Origin: Eledone cirrhosa
Lineage: Eukaryota
DNA length: 64,000 nucleotides
Assembly (NCBI GenBank): GCA_964016885.1
Contig: OZ024745.1
Coordinates: 70,618,001 to 70,682,000, forward strand
Direction: 5' to 3'
Shown: one piece after another, positions 63,452 to 64,000 of the stretch
Layout of the letters: each line of letters starts with the position of its first letter
Position numbering within the stretch: the first letter of the stretch is position 1
Translations under genes and position numbers: made by a program
Notes under the pieces: model-generated
What the model was told of the DNA's origin: nothing
The model's input: only the letters and a program-made list of their open reading frames with translations
Databases searched by the model: none

Positions 63452-64000
63452 TGTGTGTGTGTGTGTGTTTATTTATATGTGTGTATGTATGTATGCATAA
63501 CTCTCGCTCTCCCTCTCTGTGCATGTACTATGCTGTAGAACTGACAGGTGTTCATTGTAAATCTTATGACCATCATTGAACTTTGTAATATTTTTATTAG
63601 TTTAGCCACATATAAAAGTATATTATTTCAGTGGTTACTGTTTGGTACAAGGAACTTGTTTAGTTAAGTGGTGTGTTTTATTTTAAATATTTATTGAATG
63701 AGAAACCAGGAAATAGACTTAGACAAAGTCTATTTCCTGCTAATCAGATAAAAACGACAATCAGAATATGTATATTTGTAAGGCTTTCAAAGTAACAACC
63801 TCTGTCACTTTTCAGTAACTCCTTATATTCAGTGAAGAGAAAGAATAGATGGAAAATATGACCTATAACAGAAAACACTCAGAGGTAGAGGTCTGAGAAA
63901 ATAAGGGAACTAAAGGAGGGATAAAATATATGAATGTTAAAATACACAAGGATCAAAAACATCAAAAATATAACCTAAATATATTTTATGAGGACAGATA

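Overview
This is AT-rich, microsatellite-saturated eukaryotic DNA. The SINE families are of the type I recognise from octopod cephalopods (inference). Most of the window looks like intron of one large + strand gene. Two ATG-initiated exons (1835-1974 and 50329-50465) both end in phase 2 and may be alternative first exons; a phase-compatible internal exon candidate lies at 54350-54448. Nearly all ORF-track entries are (TA)n/(CA)n artefacts. The repeats include ~20 copies of a tRNA-derived SINE, two other SINE families, a mariner remnant and a 5'-truncated Penelope-like element (PLE) with an RT C-terminus, GIY-YIG endonuclease and hammerhead (56467-58065). The most striking signal is a population of short non-coding fold-back elements embedded in (TA)n tracts. 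They share one architecture: a long arm ending in (TA)n and a short inverted arm copied from the same element. Several carry minimal type I hammerhead ribozymes (cleanest at 55740-55794, on both strands at 26051-26256, and a U3-A8 compensated variant at 15539-15576). One structured family lacks any recognisable ribozyme yet folds back at a fixed point (30.5-32.0 kb, 62.2 kb). The coding PLE shows the same fold-back at its 5' end. Two long near-perfect inverted duplications spaced 1.3-1.7 kb apart also occur. All coordinates were read by eye and may be off by a few bases.
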